NCBI GenBank assembly: GCA_036505195.1
Contig: DASXTX010000052.1
Coordinates: 1,272-65,271, forward strand
Direction: 5' to 3'
DNA length: 64,000 nt
From: Actinomycetota bacterium
GTDB lineage: Bacteria; Actinomycetota; UBA4738; HRBIN12
Shown piece by piece: positions 46,527-56,379 of this stretch. The position numbers and the translations under genes were made by a program. How positions within the stretch are numbered: position 1 is the stretch's first letter; every line of letters begins with the position of its first letter. The notes under the pieces are model-generated. The model searched no databases, was not told the origin of the DNA, and saw only the letters and a program-made list of their open reading frames with translations.

Positions 46527-46609
46527 GCGAGAGTGGCGGAACGGCAGACGCGCCGGACTTAGGATCCGGTGCCCGAAAGGGCGTGGGAGTTCGACTCTCC
46601 CCTCTCGCA
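46527..46609 (+). tRNA. tRNA-Leu (anticodon TAG), intact, long variable arm
   Basis: Acceptor GCGAGAG/CTCTCGC. Anticodon arm CCGGA-CTTAGGA-TCCGG. Variable arm GCCC-GAAA-GGGC. T arm GGGAG-TTCGACT-CTCCC. Discriminator A. Confidence 0.85.
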
Positions 46610-47174
46610 CCCCCCTCTTGCTCCAGACCTACTCGGTTGGGGGCGTCCCAGGCCGAGGTGGCAGCCGATGTCGTCCCAACCCAACGGATGGCGGAAAGGT
46701 TCCCGGACGTCATTGGTGGACGCGTTGTCGGGACAGCCAAGTGCTCGGTGACCTCGCGGTGCTGCCATCGCCCGGACATCGCAGGACAGCATGCCCGATC
46801 TCGGAACCTCGTTCACACGGCGTGACGTCTGGAATCGTCCGGATCGTGTTGGTGCAAGCCACGGCACATTCCACGAGTGAAGGCCAGCGCGTTTGACAAG
46901 CCATCATCGCGGGTGTTCGGTCCGCGTTAACGGCGCCGGGGGAGAAATGAAGGGAACGCGCCTCGGAGTGGGCTTCGCCGACCGACTCCTTTGCTTCCTC
47001 GGCCCCGGTTCCGACGAGCCGCTGCTCTCCTCCGCTCCCGATCGCGATCCATTTCGGCCGAACCGGTCGAGCGACATCTCGACGCCGTGGCCTGGACGCG
47101 GGCAGCCAGAGGAGGTTGCCAGCGGCGACTCGTAAGCCAGTGGGCCAAGACGGGGCCAAGACGGGAGCGAAGAC

Positions 47175-50100
47175 ATGAACGAGAGCCCGAACGAGCAGGG
47201 ATTTCGCACCCAGACAGTCGTCGACGGACACGACCCCGCCCCGCGGTTGAGGCGACGTCCGTGGCTCTTCCGCACGCTCAGGTTCGCCCCGCTCGCATTG
47301 GCTGTCGCGCTCGCGTTCCTGGCGAATGTGCTGCAGGCCGTGCCGCCTTCCGAGCGGTCCCGTGTCCTGCTCGACGGATCCACCACGAGACTGGTCTCGC
47401 ACAACGACCCGACCCCGTCGGGGGCCGATCCCCTGTACCCCCTGAACCACACGGTCGACGGCAAGACCGAGTCCGTCGGCACGCCCCCAGCCAACTCCGG
47501 GTTCGAGCAGGCCGGCGGGCTGGTGGGGACCCCGCCCGTCAACCACGACCTGCAGACGGCTCCGGTCGACTCGGTGACCGTCCCCAACGGGGACTTCGAG
47601 ACGGGCACGTTCGCGAACTGGACGTTGACGGGCTCGCCCACGATCTCCTCGGATCAGACCCGCGGGTACTGGGCCAGCCTGGGGTCCGGCCATGTCATCA
47701 CCAGCTCGGCCATCGCGGTCCCCTCCTCCGCCCAGGCCCTCACCTACCAGGTCGGGTACCTGACCACCAACAACTACAGCTGGGTCAAGGTGTACGTGGT
47801 GAGCGGCGCGGACTTCGCGACCTCGACGCTCGTCAAGGACGACTACTGCTTCCGATGCGGCTATTGGTCCACCAACACGCTCGATCTAGGGGCCTACCGT
47901 GGCCAGACGATCAAGCTCAAGTTCTCCCAGTACTCCGGGACGATCGGGATCAACGACGTCAAGGTCCAACAGGTCTTCCCGGGCTTCGACGTCTCCGGGA
48001 CGTACTTCCGGGCCTTGGACGGCACCGACGCATACGCGTGGATCCAATCGGGGGGCTGGCTGACCACGGCCCAGCCGTTCGCGGTGCACCCAGACGCCCA
48101 GTCCGGCACCGTGGAGATGAAGGGGAATATCGCAAGCAGCCAGTACCAGATCCAGATCGCGACGGGACCGAACTTCTCGACGTACACGACTGTGGCCTCG
48201 GGCATCGCGCCCGCCTCGTGGCAGGGGGTCCGGTTCTACCTCGGCACGACGTACGCGGGGCAGCAGATCAAGCTCCGGGTGAGGTCGGCATACAACTGGA
48301 TCGCCGTCGACGACCTCGGGATCCAGCAGCAGGACCTGCCCGGCTGGAGCACGAGCGGGGACACAAGGAGGATCGACGACGGGTCCGGCAACCACTACGC
48401 CACGACCAACGGGACGATCACCTCGAGCGCGTTCCAGATCCCGGCCAACGCCGAGAACCTGAGCTTCCGGATCCGCTCCGAAGGCGACGTCACGCAGACC
48501 ACCGTAAACCTGCTGCGCGGGACAGATTTCTCCACGGTGACCCAGATCCACTACGATGCTGCCACCCCCACCTGGAAGACCGTGATCAGCGGGGTGGCCC
48601 CCTTCGCCGGGGAGACCGTGAAGCTCCGGTTCGTCAAGGGCATCGGGGGCAGGCTGGCCGTCGACGACGCCGGGCTCATGGAGTCGGTGCTCCCCGGGTG
48701 GACGCCCAACTCTGCCGATGCCCTGGCCACGGGAGAGAACGCGAACGGCACCTTCGCCACGCCGGCCGGCGACGACTCGGCGATGTTCCTCCGGTCCAGC
48801 TGGATCTCCACGGCGATCGTCGATCGGACCGGCTTCGCCGAAATGCGCCAGTACGCGATCTCGTACGAGTTCGGCTCCGGCGGAGGGCTGCTCCAGCTGT
48901 TCTGGGTCGACGCCGGCGGGAGCTTGAACGTCTTCCAGGACGCGGCCAACGGCGCGACCGCGTATCGGACCCGCTACTTCTGGCTCGCGGACTTTATGGC
49001 GCAGCGCGGCCACTTCGTGGTGAAGCTCACGGGTTCCGGCAGCAAGTTCTACTCGATCGCCGACAACGTCGCCCGCCAACAGCTGTCCGAGCCCTTCTCG
49101 CGTAAGGTCGGCCTGGGGATCGACACCACCACCGGATCGGTGGCCTTCGCCGAGAACGGCATCACCATCCCGGGCCCGATCCCGCTGTCGTTCACCCGCT
49201 ACTACAACGCCCACGCCGACCGCAGGGGACCGCTCGGGTACCGATGGTCCCACACCTACGAGACGCACCTGGAGATCCTGGCCGACGGGGATGCCGGGGC
49301 GGTGTACGGATCCGGTCGCGAGGAGTTCTTCAACCTCAACACGTTCAACGGGACATTCGCCCCCGCCGACTCGAGGGTGCACTCCACCCTGGTCAAGAAC
49401 GCCGACGGAACGTACGCCCTTACCACGAAGGCCAACCTGATCTATCGGTTCACCTCCACCGGCGTGCTGAGCGCGATCGAGGACTTGAACGGGAACACGG
49501 TGAGCCTGGCGTACGACCCTGAGGGGCGGCTGTGGACCGTGACGGGGGCGGGCGGCACGAGCCTCACTTTCAGTTACGACGCACAGAGCCGGCTTTCCAC
49601 CGTGACCGATCCCGCCAACGCGACCTACACGTTCGGGTACGACGCGAACAACGACCTGGTCTCGGTGACGGACCCGCTGAACGGGGTCCGGAGCTATGTC
49701 TACAACCACCACCGGCTCACGCGTGTGACCGACGAGAACGGCGACCTCGTCGTGGACAACACCTACGACGACTACCACCGTGTCATCTCGCAAACCGACG
49801 CGGCGAACAAGACGATCTCGCTCGCATACGACACGCCGGGCATGGGTGCGACGACGGTGACCTTCCCCGACCAGGGGATCGGGAAGTTCTACTTTGACCG
49901 CTTCGGCCGCACGACCGACACGATCGACCCCACCGACCGTCGGACCAGGTTCCTGTACGACTCAAACGGCAACCTGGACAAGATCGTTGACTCGGGCAAC
50001 GCGGCCTGGGACATGGCCTTCGACGCGTCGGCGGACCTCACCTCGGCCACCGACCCACTCGGCAACCCGATCTCGCTCGCCTACAACGCCAAACACCTGC

Positions 50101-53100
50101 CTACCTCGATCACCGACGCCCGCGGCAACACGACGACGATGACCTACGACGCCGACGGGAACATGACCTCGCTCACGAACCCGCTCAACAAGACCTGGAC
50201 CTACACCTACGACGTAGCGGGCTACCTGCTCACTGAAACCGACCCACTTGACAAGACCACTACGTACACGTACGACTCCGCCGGGAACCGTCTGACCAAG
50301 ACCGATCCCCTGAACCACACGTGGACCTACACGTACGACGCGGCGAACCGGCTGAAGACCGAGACGGATCCCCTCGGCAACACGACAACGTACTTCTACG
50401 ACCTCCTCGGCCGGATCGTGTCAGTCCGAGACCCCTTGAATCGAGAGGCCACGTTCCTGTACGACCTCGCCGGGCACCTGCTCCGGGCCACCGATCCGCT
50501 CGGCAACCAGACGAATTGGGCCTACGACGACCGCGGCCTCGTCAGCACCAAGACCGACCCAGCGGACAAGGTCTGGAGCTACACGTACGACGAGAACCGC
50601 AACATGACCTCGGTCACCGACCCGCTCAACAAGACGACGACGTACGGCTTCGACGACGCGAACCGGTTGACGTCGATCAGGGACCCGCTCGGGAGCAATA
50701 CGACCTATTCATACGACGCAGCCGGCAGGCTCGCATCGACGACCGACCCCCTGAACCGTGTCACGTCATACACCTATGACGCAGCTGGACATCTCAGCCA
50801 GACCACTCTGCCCAACATCGCGACACTCGGATACGCCTACGACGCGAACGGCAACTTAACCTCGGTCACGGATGAGCTCGGCAACGCTAATACCAGCGCC
50901 TACGACGCCGCGAACCGGCTGACGTCGACCACCGATCCCTTGAACAAGACCACGTCCTACGGCTACGACGCCGCGGACCGACGTACTTCGGTGACCGACC
51001 CGCTCAACCGCACGACCGTCTTCGCCTACGATGCGGCCGGACGGCTGGTCTCAACGACGGATCCCCTCAACAAGACCACAACGTACGGGTACGACATCGC
51101 CGACCGGCGGATCTCCGTCACCGATCCGACGAACCGAACGACGACAGTCGGCTACGACGCGGCCGGGCAGCTCCTCGCGGTAACCGACCCGGGCGGCAGG
51201 ACGACGACGAGCGCGTATGATGCCGCAGGCCGCCTGGCCTCCGTCACGGAGCCATCGGGAGCGGTGACGAGCTACGGCTACAACAGCCGCGGTCTGCTGA
51301 CCTCGGTCACCGACCCGCTGTTCAAGGTCACGACCTACGGCTACGACGACGCCGGCCGGATGAGCTCGGAGACCGACCCGCTCAACAACGCGACGACCTA
51401 TAGGTACGACGGCGCGGGGCGGCTGGCCACGATCACAGATGCCCTCGGAGGGGTGGTCACCCTCGGCTACGACGCCGCCTCGCAGCTCACCTCCGTCACG
51501 GACACCCGCAGCAAGACGTGGAGCTACGGGTACAACGCCCTCGGAATCCGCAACTCCGTCACGGACCCGCTGAACCGACAGACCACCTGGGGCTACAACG
51601 CGGCCGGCCAGCTCACGAGCCGAACCGACGCCCGGGGGATCCAGACCAGCTACGGGTACGACGCCGCCCGCCGGCAGACCTCGGTCGCCTACCCGGGTGG
51701 CTCGGTCGGCTACACCTACAACGACGCGGGCGAGCGCACCCAGATGGCCGACCCCACCGGCCAAACCACGTCCACCTACGACGCGGCAGGCCGTATCACG
51801 GCCGTGAGTTCGCCGCGGGGCCAGATCACTTACACGTACGACTCGGCCGGACGACGGGCGTCGATGACGCTTCCTGGCAACCGTACGCTGACCTACGACT
51901 ACAACGCTCGGGGCCTGCTTTCCTCGCTCACGGACTGGCAGGGCAGTGTCACGAGCTTCGACTACGACTCCGACGGCAACCGCACCAAGATCACCCGTCC
52001 GAACGGCGTCGAGTCGGACTACGCCTACGACTCGGCCGGCCACGTGACCTCGATCACACACACGAAGGGCGCGACCACGCTGCTGTCGTTCGCATACACG
52101 TACGACGACGCCGGCCGAAGGACCAGCGTCACTACGCCCGAGGGCACCGAGAGCTACTCCTATGACTCGCTCGGGCGCCTCACGCAGGTGAGCTACCCCG
52201 GCGGCCCGACCGTGTCCTACACCTACGACGGCGCCGGCAACCGGAAGACCGAAACGCGAGGCGGGAATCCGACGAACTACGATTACGACGCCGCTGGCCA
52301 GCTCCTGACTGTCGGGAACAAGATCTACACGTACGACGCGAACGGGAACCTGACCCAGGCCGGCAGTGACTCGTTCACGTGGGACTATGACAACCGTCTA
52401 ACGCAGGCCACAATCGGGACCCACACCGCGTCCTACGCCTATGACGGCGACGGCGTCCGCTCCCGGGCGACAGTCGACGGGAACCAGTCGAACTTCCTCG
52501 TCGACACGCTGGACGGCCTGCCGACGCTCGTCGACGATGGGTCGAAGGCCTACCTACACGCCGATGGGGCGCTCTCCGAGATCAGTGCCGGCGGCGCAAC
52601 GCAGGTGCTCGCTGACGGGCTCGGGTCCGTCCGCGGGCTGGCCGACACGAATGGCAGCCTCGTCGCCTCACAATCCTACGAGGCGTTCGGGACGCCACGG
52701 ACGACGAGCGGTACGTCGAGCCTGTTCGGGTTCACGGGCGAGCCGACCGATGCGACGGGGCTCGTCTATCTCCGAGCTCGTTCGTTCGATCCATCTATGG
52801 GGCGTTTGCTCTCGGCCGACACCGTGCAACCGAACGCCAACGGAACGCAGGGCTACAACCTGTATGCGTACGTAGCGAACAACCCAGCGACCTGGGTAGA
52901 TCCGTCTGGCCATTCCTTCGACGTCGATCAGGTTGATGACTTGCTCTATTACTACGCAACCCACCCCGAGGCTCTTGCCGCGTCGATTGCGGCAATCGAA
53001 GCGTACGCGAATTCCGGTGCCATTCAGGCGGGCGGAGCTGGTGCGGCGATCATCATTACAGTCATCGCGTTCATCCTGACCGCCGCCGTCCTTATGTGCT

Positions 53101-53669
53101 TCACGCTCGGCCCGTGCGACATAAGAAGCACGCAAACGGCCATCGACAGGCAAGGCTCAGCGTGGCCAGGTGATCGTGTTTGGACGGCGGCCGACCTTCT
53201 CGAAGCGGCCAAGGAGTGGCCCGCGCCAGCAACTGTCGCGGATCCGACGCCCGATCCTGTACCCGGACCTGAACCCAGGCGCCGCCCCAGAGCTGGTGAG
53301 AGTGTCTATAGAGTGTGGGGTGGGCAACGAGGGCCGTTTGGGGCATCGTGGACACCCGATGACCCACAACAGTTCGGACCCGAAAAGTTCCGAGATCTTG
53401 CTGGCCTCCCGGATCGCGTCAATCACGGCAACTTCATCACTGTCGCCATCCTCAAGGACCCCCGAGTTGTGCCACCGTCGGGTTCGCATCCGTCGCTTCC
53501 GATGCCCGAGGGCCCCGATGCATGGTGCGATTACCAGGGGATTGAGGTGTGGGAGTATGAAATCCCGAACGCAGCAGCGGCCATCGCGAGCGGCAAAATC
53601 GTGATCGTGAATGTCCTTGGGCCCCTAAACCCCCCATATGGCGGGCGACCACCGAATGGCTGCCCGTGA
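47175..53669 (+). CDS. RHS/YD-repeat polymorphic toxin (2164 aa)
   Basis: N-terminal TM or signal anchor, then four ~120-aa tandem modules, then dozens of YD repeats (..YxYDxxGxL..). RHS core end ..GEPTDATGLVYLRARSFDPSMGRLLSADT..YAYVANNPATWVDPSGH, followed by a ~260-aa variable C-terminus. Confidence 0.9.
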   Translation: MNESPNEQGFRTQTVVDGHDPAPRLRRRPWLFRTLRFAPLALAVALAFLANVLQAVPPSERSRVLLDGSTTRLVSHNDPTPSGADPLYPLNHTVDGKTESVGTPPANSGFEQAGGLVGTPPVNHDLQTAPVDSVTVPNGDFETGTFANWTLTGSPTISSDQTRGYWASLGSGHVITSSAIAVPSSAQALTYQVGYLTTNNYSWVKVYVVSGADFATSTLVKDDYCFRCGYWSTNTLDLGAYRGQTIKLKFSQYSGTIGINDVKVQQVFPGFDVSGTYFRALDGTDAYAWIQSGGWLTTAQPFAVHPDAQSGTVEMKGNIASSQYQIQIATGPNFSTYTTVASGIAPASWQGVRFYLGTTYAGQQIKLRVRSAYNWIAVDDLGIQQQDLPGWSTSGDTRRIDDGSGNHYATTNGTITSSAFQIPANAENLSFRIRSEGDVTQTTVNLLRGTDFSTVTQIHYDAATPTWKTVISGVAPFAGETVKLRFVKGIGGRLAVDDAGLMESVLPGWTPNSADALATGENANGTFATPAGDDSAMFLRSSWISTAIVDRTGFAEMRQYAISYEFGSGGGLLQLFWVDAGGSLNVFQDAANGATAYRTRYFWLADFMAQRGHFVVKLTGSGSKFYSIADNVARQQLSEPFSRKVGLGIDTTTGSVAFAENGITIPGPIPLSFTRYYNAHADRRGPLGYRWSHTYETHLEILADGDAGAVYGSGREEFFNLNTFNGTFAPADSRVHSTLVKNADGTYALTTKANLIYRFTSTGVLSAIEDLNGNTVSLAYDPEGRLWTVTGAGGTSLTFSYDAQSRLSTVTDPANATYTFGYDANNDLVSVTDPLNGVRSYVYNHHRLTRVTDENGDLVVDNTYDDYHRVISQTDAANKTISLAYDTPGMGATTVTFPDQGIGKFYFDRFGRTTDTIDPTDRRTRFLYDSNGNLDKIVDSGNAAWDMAFDASADLTSATDPLGNPISLAYNAKHLPTSITDARGNTTTMTYDADGNMTSLTNPLNKTWTYTYDVAGYLLTETDPLDKTTTYTYDSAGNRLTKTDPLNHTWTYTYDAANRLKTETDPLGNTTTYFYDLLGRIVSVRDPLNREATFLYDLAGHLLRATDPLGNQTNWAYDDRGLVSTKTDPADKVWSYTYDENRNMTSVTDPLNKTTTYGFDDANRLTSIRDPLGSNTTYSYDAAGRLASTTDPLNRVTSYTYDAAGHLSQTTLPNIATLGYAYDANGNLTSVTDELGNANTSAYDAANRLTSTTDPLNKTTSYGYDAADRRTSVTDPLNRTTVFAYDAAGRLVSTTDPLNKTTTYGYDIADRRISVTDPTNRTTTVGYDAAGQLLAVTDPGGRTTTSAYDAAGRLASVTEPSGAVTSYGYNSRGLLTSVTDPLFKVTTYGYDDAGRMSSETDPLNNATTYRYDGAGRLATITDALGGVVTLGYDAASQLTSVTDTRSKTWSYGYNALGIRNSVTDPLNRQTTWGYNAAGQLTSRTDARGIQTSYGYDAARRQTSVAYPGGSVGYTYNDAGERTQMADPTGQTTSTYDAAGRITAVSSPRGQITYTYDSAGRRASMTLPGNRTLTYDYNARGLLSSLTDWQGSVTSFDYDSDGNRTKITRPNGVESDYAYDSAGHVTSITHTKGATTLLSFAYTYDDAGRRTSVTTPEGTESYSYDSLGRLTQVSYPGGPTVSYTYDGAGNRKTETRGGNPTNYDYDAAGQLLTVGNKIYTYDANGNLTQAGSDSFTWDYDNRLTQATIGTHTASYAYDGDGVRSRATVDGNQSNFLVDTLDGLPTLVDDGSKAYLHADGALSEISAGGATQVLADGLGSVRGLADTNGSLVASQSYEAFGTPRTTSGTSSLFGFTGEPTDATGLVYLRARSFDPSMGRLLSADTVQPNANGTQGYNLYAYVANNPATWVDPSGHSFDVDQVDDLLYYYATHPEALAASIAAIEAYANSGAIQAGGAGAAIIITVIAFILTAAVLMCFTLGPCDIRSTQTAIDRQGSAWPGDRVWTAADLLEAAKEWPAPATVADPTPDPVPGPEPRRRPRAGESVYRVWGGQRGPFGASWTPDDPQQFGPEKFRDLAGLPDRVNHGNFITVAILKDPRVVPPSGSHPSLPMPEGPDAWCDYQGIEVWEYEIPNAAAAIASGKIVIVNVLGPLNPPYGGRPPNGCP

Positions 53670-53686
53670 GCGGATCGACGGCCTAA

Positions 53687-54577
53687 ATGACCAATTTGAC
53701 GCTACTCGGCAGAAGGGTCGTTTCACGACATCACCATGAGCTCCTGCTGTTCGATGCAGACTCTACGGATCTTCTGAGCTTCCACATCGCGGGGGTATTG
53801 TGGACCGACGTCGTGCGTGTGGCGGAGCGCTCCGGAATCATGGAAGCACAAGACGCAGTGACGAGTCACCCGGTTCTCCTGGTGATCCGCCTCGCCCCAC
53901 GATTCGAAATCACGGGGCGGCTCGAGTTCGCCCCCACACCGACTTGGGATGGATGGCCGGAATCGTGGCGAGCATTGCCAGCGGCATACGCGACGAATGT
54001 CAACGGGCGCGACAGGATGTTGTTCTTGCTCGGACACGACGTTAAGGCCACGCGCCGCATTCAACTACCACTCAATCCCGGGGAGGCCGAGGCCGAAGGC
54101 GTTCCGTTCGCTGTCCAGCTCCCAGACGCTGAGTCGATTGTCGTGTGTACAGGCGGAGGCCGGTATGTAACACGAATCTCGGCGACTACTGGGGAGGTGC
54201 AGCAGGTTCTCGAAACGCCCAGCTCACTGCTTTCACGACCGTGCCCGATCGTTCTGGACGACACGCTCTGGGTCGCGGCGTGGGATGCCGTGTTGCGGAT
54301 CGATACGGAGTCCGGGGAAATCCAGCGTCTACCTGTGGCCCGCCTCCGGGAGGATCAGGTGATCGACTTCGCACTTGATCCCTCGCAACGTCGGGGCGCG
54401 GTTGCGCTAGCCTCCTCGGGCGCAATCGTCCTCTTTGACATTGATGCCATGGAGATATTGAGAGTCGCTGACACGGCCGAATCTCTGCAGAGGATATGGA
54501 TCGTCGATGACTGGCGGTATGTAGCGCAGGTATGGGGTGAGCCCCGATTCGTGACCGGCTCGTTCCGCGACACTTGA
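53687..54577 (+). CDS. hypothetical protein; candidate RHS-toxin immunity protein (by position only)
   Basis: 296-aa ORF beginning 18 nt after the RHS stop, same strand. No family recognised. Confidence 0.45.
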   Translation: MTNLTLLGRRVVSRHHHELLLFDADSTDLLSFHIAGVLWTDVVRVAERSGIMEAQDAVTSHPVLLVIRLAPRFEITGRLEFAPTPTWDGWPESWRALPAAYATNVNGRDRMLFLLGHDVKATRRIQLPLNPGEAEAEGVPFAVQLPDAESIVVCTGGGRYVTRISATTGEVQQVLETPSSLLSRPCPIVLDDTLWVAAWDAVLRIDTESGEIQRLPVARLREDQVIDFALDPSQRRGAVALASSGAIVLFDIDAMEILRVADTAESLQRIWIVDDWRYVAQVWGEPRFVTGSFRDT

Positions 54578-54869
54578 CCCACCGGGTTGCGACGTTTCTC
54601 GCTCGTCATGATCCCGGATCGGCGTGTCGATGCCCCCGGACGGATGTCCACGGGTTGCCGCGTTTCTAGGCCGCTAACTGTTCTCCCGTCACGTGGAGGA
54701 CGGGTTAGGAGATAGGGCCCCTCGAAACGGCACTCTGCGCCGAAGTGCAACCAACCTGTGAGCCTGGGCCCGCGGAACGGCACCCCTGCGCGCAGGCGGG
54801 AAGCAACTGCTGGGCGAGCCCAGGACTATCCTCGCGGAACCGTCGAGATCAATCACTGGTCTTAGAGCC

Positions 54870-56084
54870 ATGAGGCGATCCGCTGCGCTCCTGCTTGTCG
54901 TCTTGGTTGCCCTACTCGCCTGCGAGGCCCGCAGTCCTCAGGACCAGGAGTCGGCCACCCCGTCGGCAGGTGCCTCAACCGAGCCGTGGTCGGAGTACCC
55001 GGTGGGGTGGACGAGGTTCCCAACCCCTCCCGAGCAGCGGAGCGGCGACACGTGGGTCTGGGCGGGCTCCGAGCTACTCGTTGCTGGCGGCTGCGATCCC
55101 AATCAGGTCGAGGATCGCTGTCGTGAGACGAAGACGGTTTATGCGTTCGATCCAGCGATCGGCTCCTGGGGAAGCGTTCAGCCCTCCCTGTTGTCCATGG
55201 CAGACGCCGAGGGCGTGTGGACGGGCAGGGAGGCGATCTTTCTTGAGACGGTCGGCGGAGCGGGACCGATCGTCGGTCAGGCATATGAACCCAGCTCAGA
55301 CAGCTGGCGGTCCATCGAGCAGGCTCCGATCGGCCGTGCCTACGGCACCGTCCTCGTCTGGACGGGGGACGAGCTCATCGTCTGGGGCGGAGGCGATCGC
55401 GGCGACGACCGGACGAGTCAGGGTGCTGCGTACGACCCCACATCGGACAGCTGGCGGCGGATCGCGGATCCCCCGATCGGGTTCAACTTGGCGAGCGGTA
55501 TCTGGACCGGCAGGGAGATGATCGTCTTCGGGTCACTGCTGAGTCACGCCAACAGGGCGTCGTCATCGACCTCACTCGGAGAGGCGTATGACCCGACATC
55601 GGACACCTGGCGCGAACTCCCGGCCTCCACGCTCTCGCCCCAGGCGACGTCCGCGGCCTTCGTCGATGGTCGGATGGTCGCATGGGACTATGAGGCCCAC
55701 TCGCAGGCGTACAACCCGACCACGGATCACTGGACAGATCCTCAGCGGCTGCCTTTCGTCGGCAGCGAGTGCTACCCGGACAGCGCCGTCGTTGCGGGTC
55801 TGCTGTTCGCCTGGTTCTGCGGGAAGGCAGCCCTCTTCGACGCGGCCGCATCGACGTGGCAGCAGGTCGCAGGCGGTCCGCTCGACGAGACGATCTACTC
55901 GAACGCGTACAAGACTGACATCCATCTCTGGCGATTCGCCGACCTCGTCGCTGCCGGACCAGTGGTCGTGATGCCGATGGAAGGGATCACACTCAACAAC
56001 CGTGGTATTGCGTGCTACGGATGCCCAGGCTCGCCCACGTCGTTCTGGGTCTACCGACCGCCTGAGGAGATCGTCTCGACCTAA
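54870..56084 (+). CDS. Kelch-like beta-propeller lipoprotein
   Basis: Lipobox LVALLAC. Repeated blades ..AYDP(T/S)SD(S/T)WR.. and ..VWTG.E.IV.GG.. Confidence 0.6.
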   Translation: MRRSAALLLVVLVALLACEARSPQDQESATPSAGASTEPWSEYPVGWTRFPTPPEQRSGDTWVWAGSELLVAGGCDPNQVEDRCRETKTVYAFDPAIGSWGSVQPSLLSMADAEGVWTGREAIFLETVGGAGPIVGQAYEPSSDSWRSIEQAPIGRAYGTVLVWTGDELIVWGGGDRGDDRTSQGAAYDPTSDSWRRIADPPIGFNLASGIWTGREMIVFGSLLSHANRASSSTSLGEAYDPTSDTWRELPASTLSPQATSAAFVDGRMVAWDYEAHSQAYNPTTDHWTDPQRLPFVGSECYPDSAVVAGLLFAWFCGKAALFDAAASTWQQVAGGPLDETIYSNAYKTDIHLWRFADLVAAGPVVVMPMEGITLNNRGIACYGCPGSPTSFWVYRPPEEIVST

Positions 56085-56300
56085 CTCGTCACAGACTCAC
56101 GTACACCGCCCTGGTATAGGCCGAGAGCACTGGGCGCGTGAGGCCTCCGTCAAGGACAAGCCGCGCGGTCGCCAAGCGTGCTCGGCGACGTTCTTCGTGC
56201 CCGTGCCCCCCCCACCCCTCGTGATTCGCGGACAACGTTTCACGTACACATGGGTGCACGCGACGGCGCCGTTCTCGCTCACAGCTTGCTCACGACGGAA

Positions 56301-56346
56301 CGACACCGGATGGCACAGGTCGACACCGGACGACACAGGACGACAC
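56301..56346 (+). promoter_or_regulatory. four direct CGACAC repeats 30-80 bp left of the attR-like core; candidate recombinase arm sites
   Basis: CGACAC at 56301, 56321, 56331 and 56341. The first two are CGACACCGGA and so share CACCGGA with the repeat cores. Confidence 0.4.
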
Positions 56347-56379
56347 GTAGAGCCGGGATCTGTGCCTGGCTGCAGCAAC

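Larger units (their letters stand above)
23444..56379. mobile_element. composite genomic island inserted in the tRNA-Leu(TAG) anticodon loop: cassette array, then Rep/recombinase/R-M core, then RHS toxin module
   Basis: Bounded by the tRNA-Leu 5' half (23406-23443) and 3' half (56380-56431). Contains a tyrosine recombinase, a serine recombinase and a Toprim/Rep-like gene. The 23.5-46.5 kb part is visibly more AT-rich than the flanks. Confidence 0.75.

Noticed and set aside
46991-49105. 704-aa ORF on the plus strand (also 47886-49793 on the minus strand) overlapping the RHS gene
   Set aside because: These are Arg/Pro/Gly-rich alternative-frame products typical of high-GC DNA. The RHS frame (47175-53669) has clear YD repeats.
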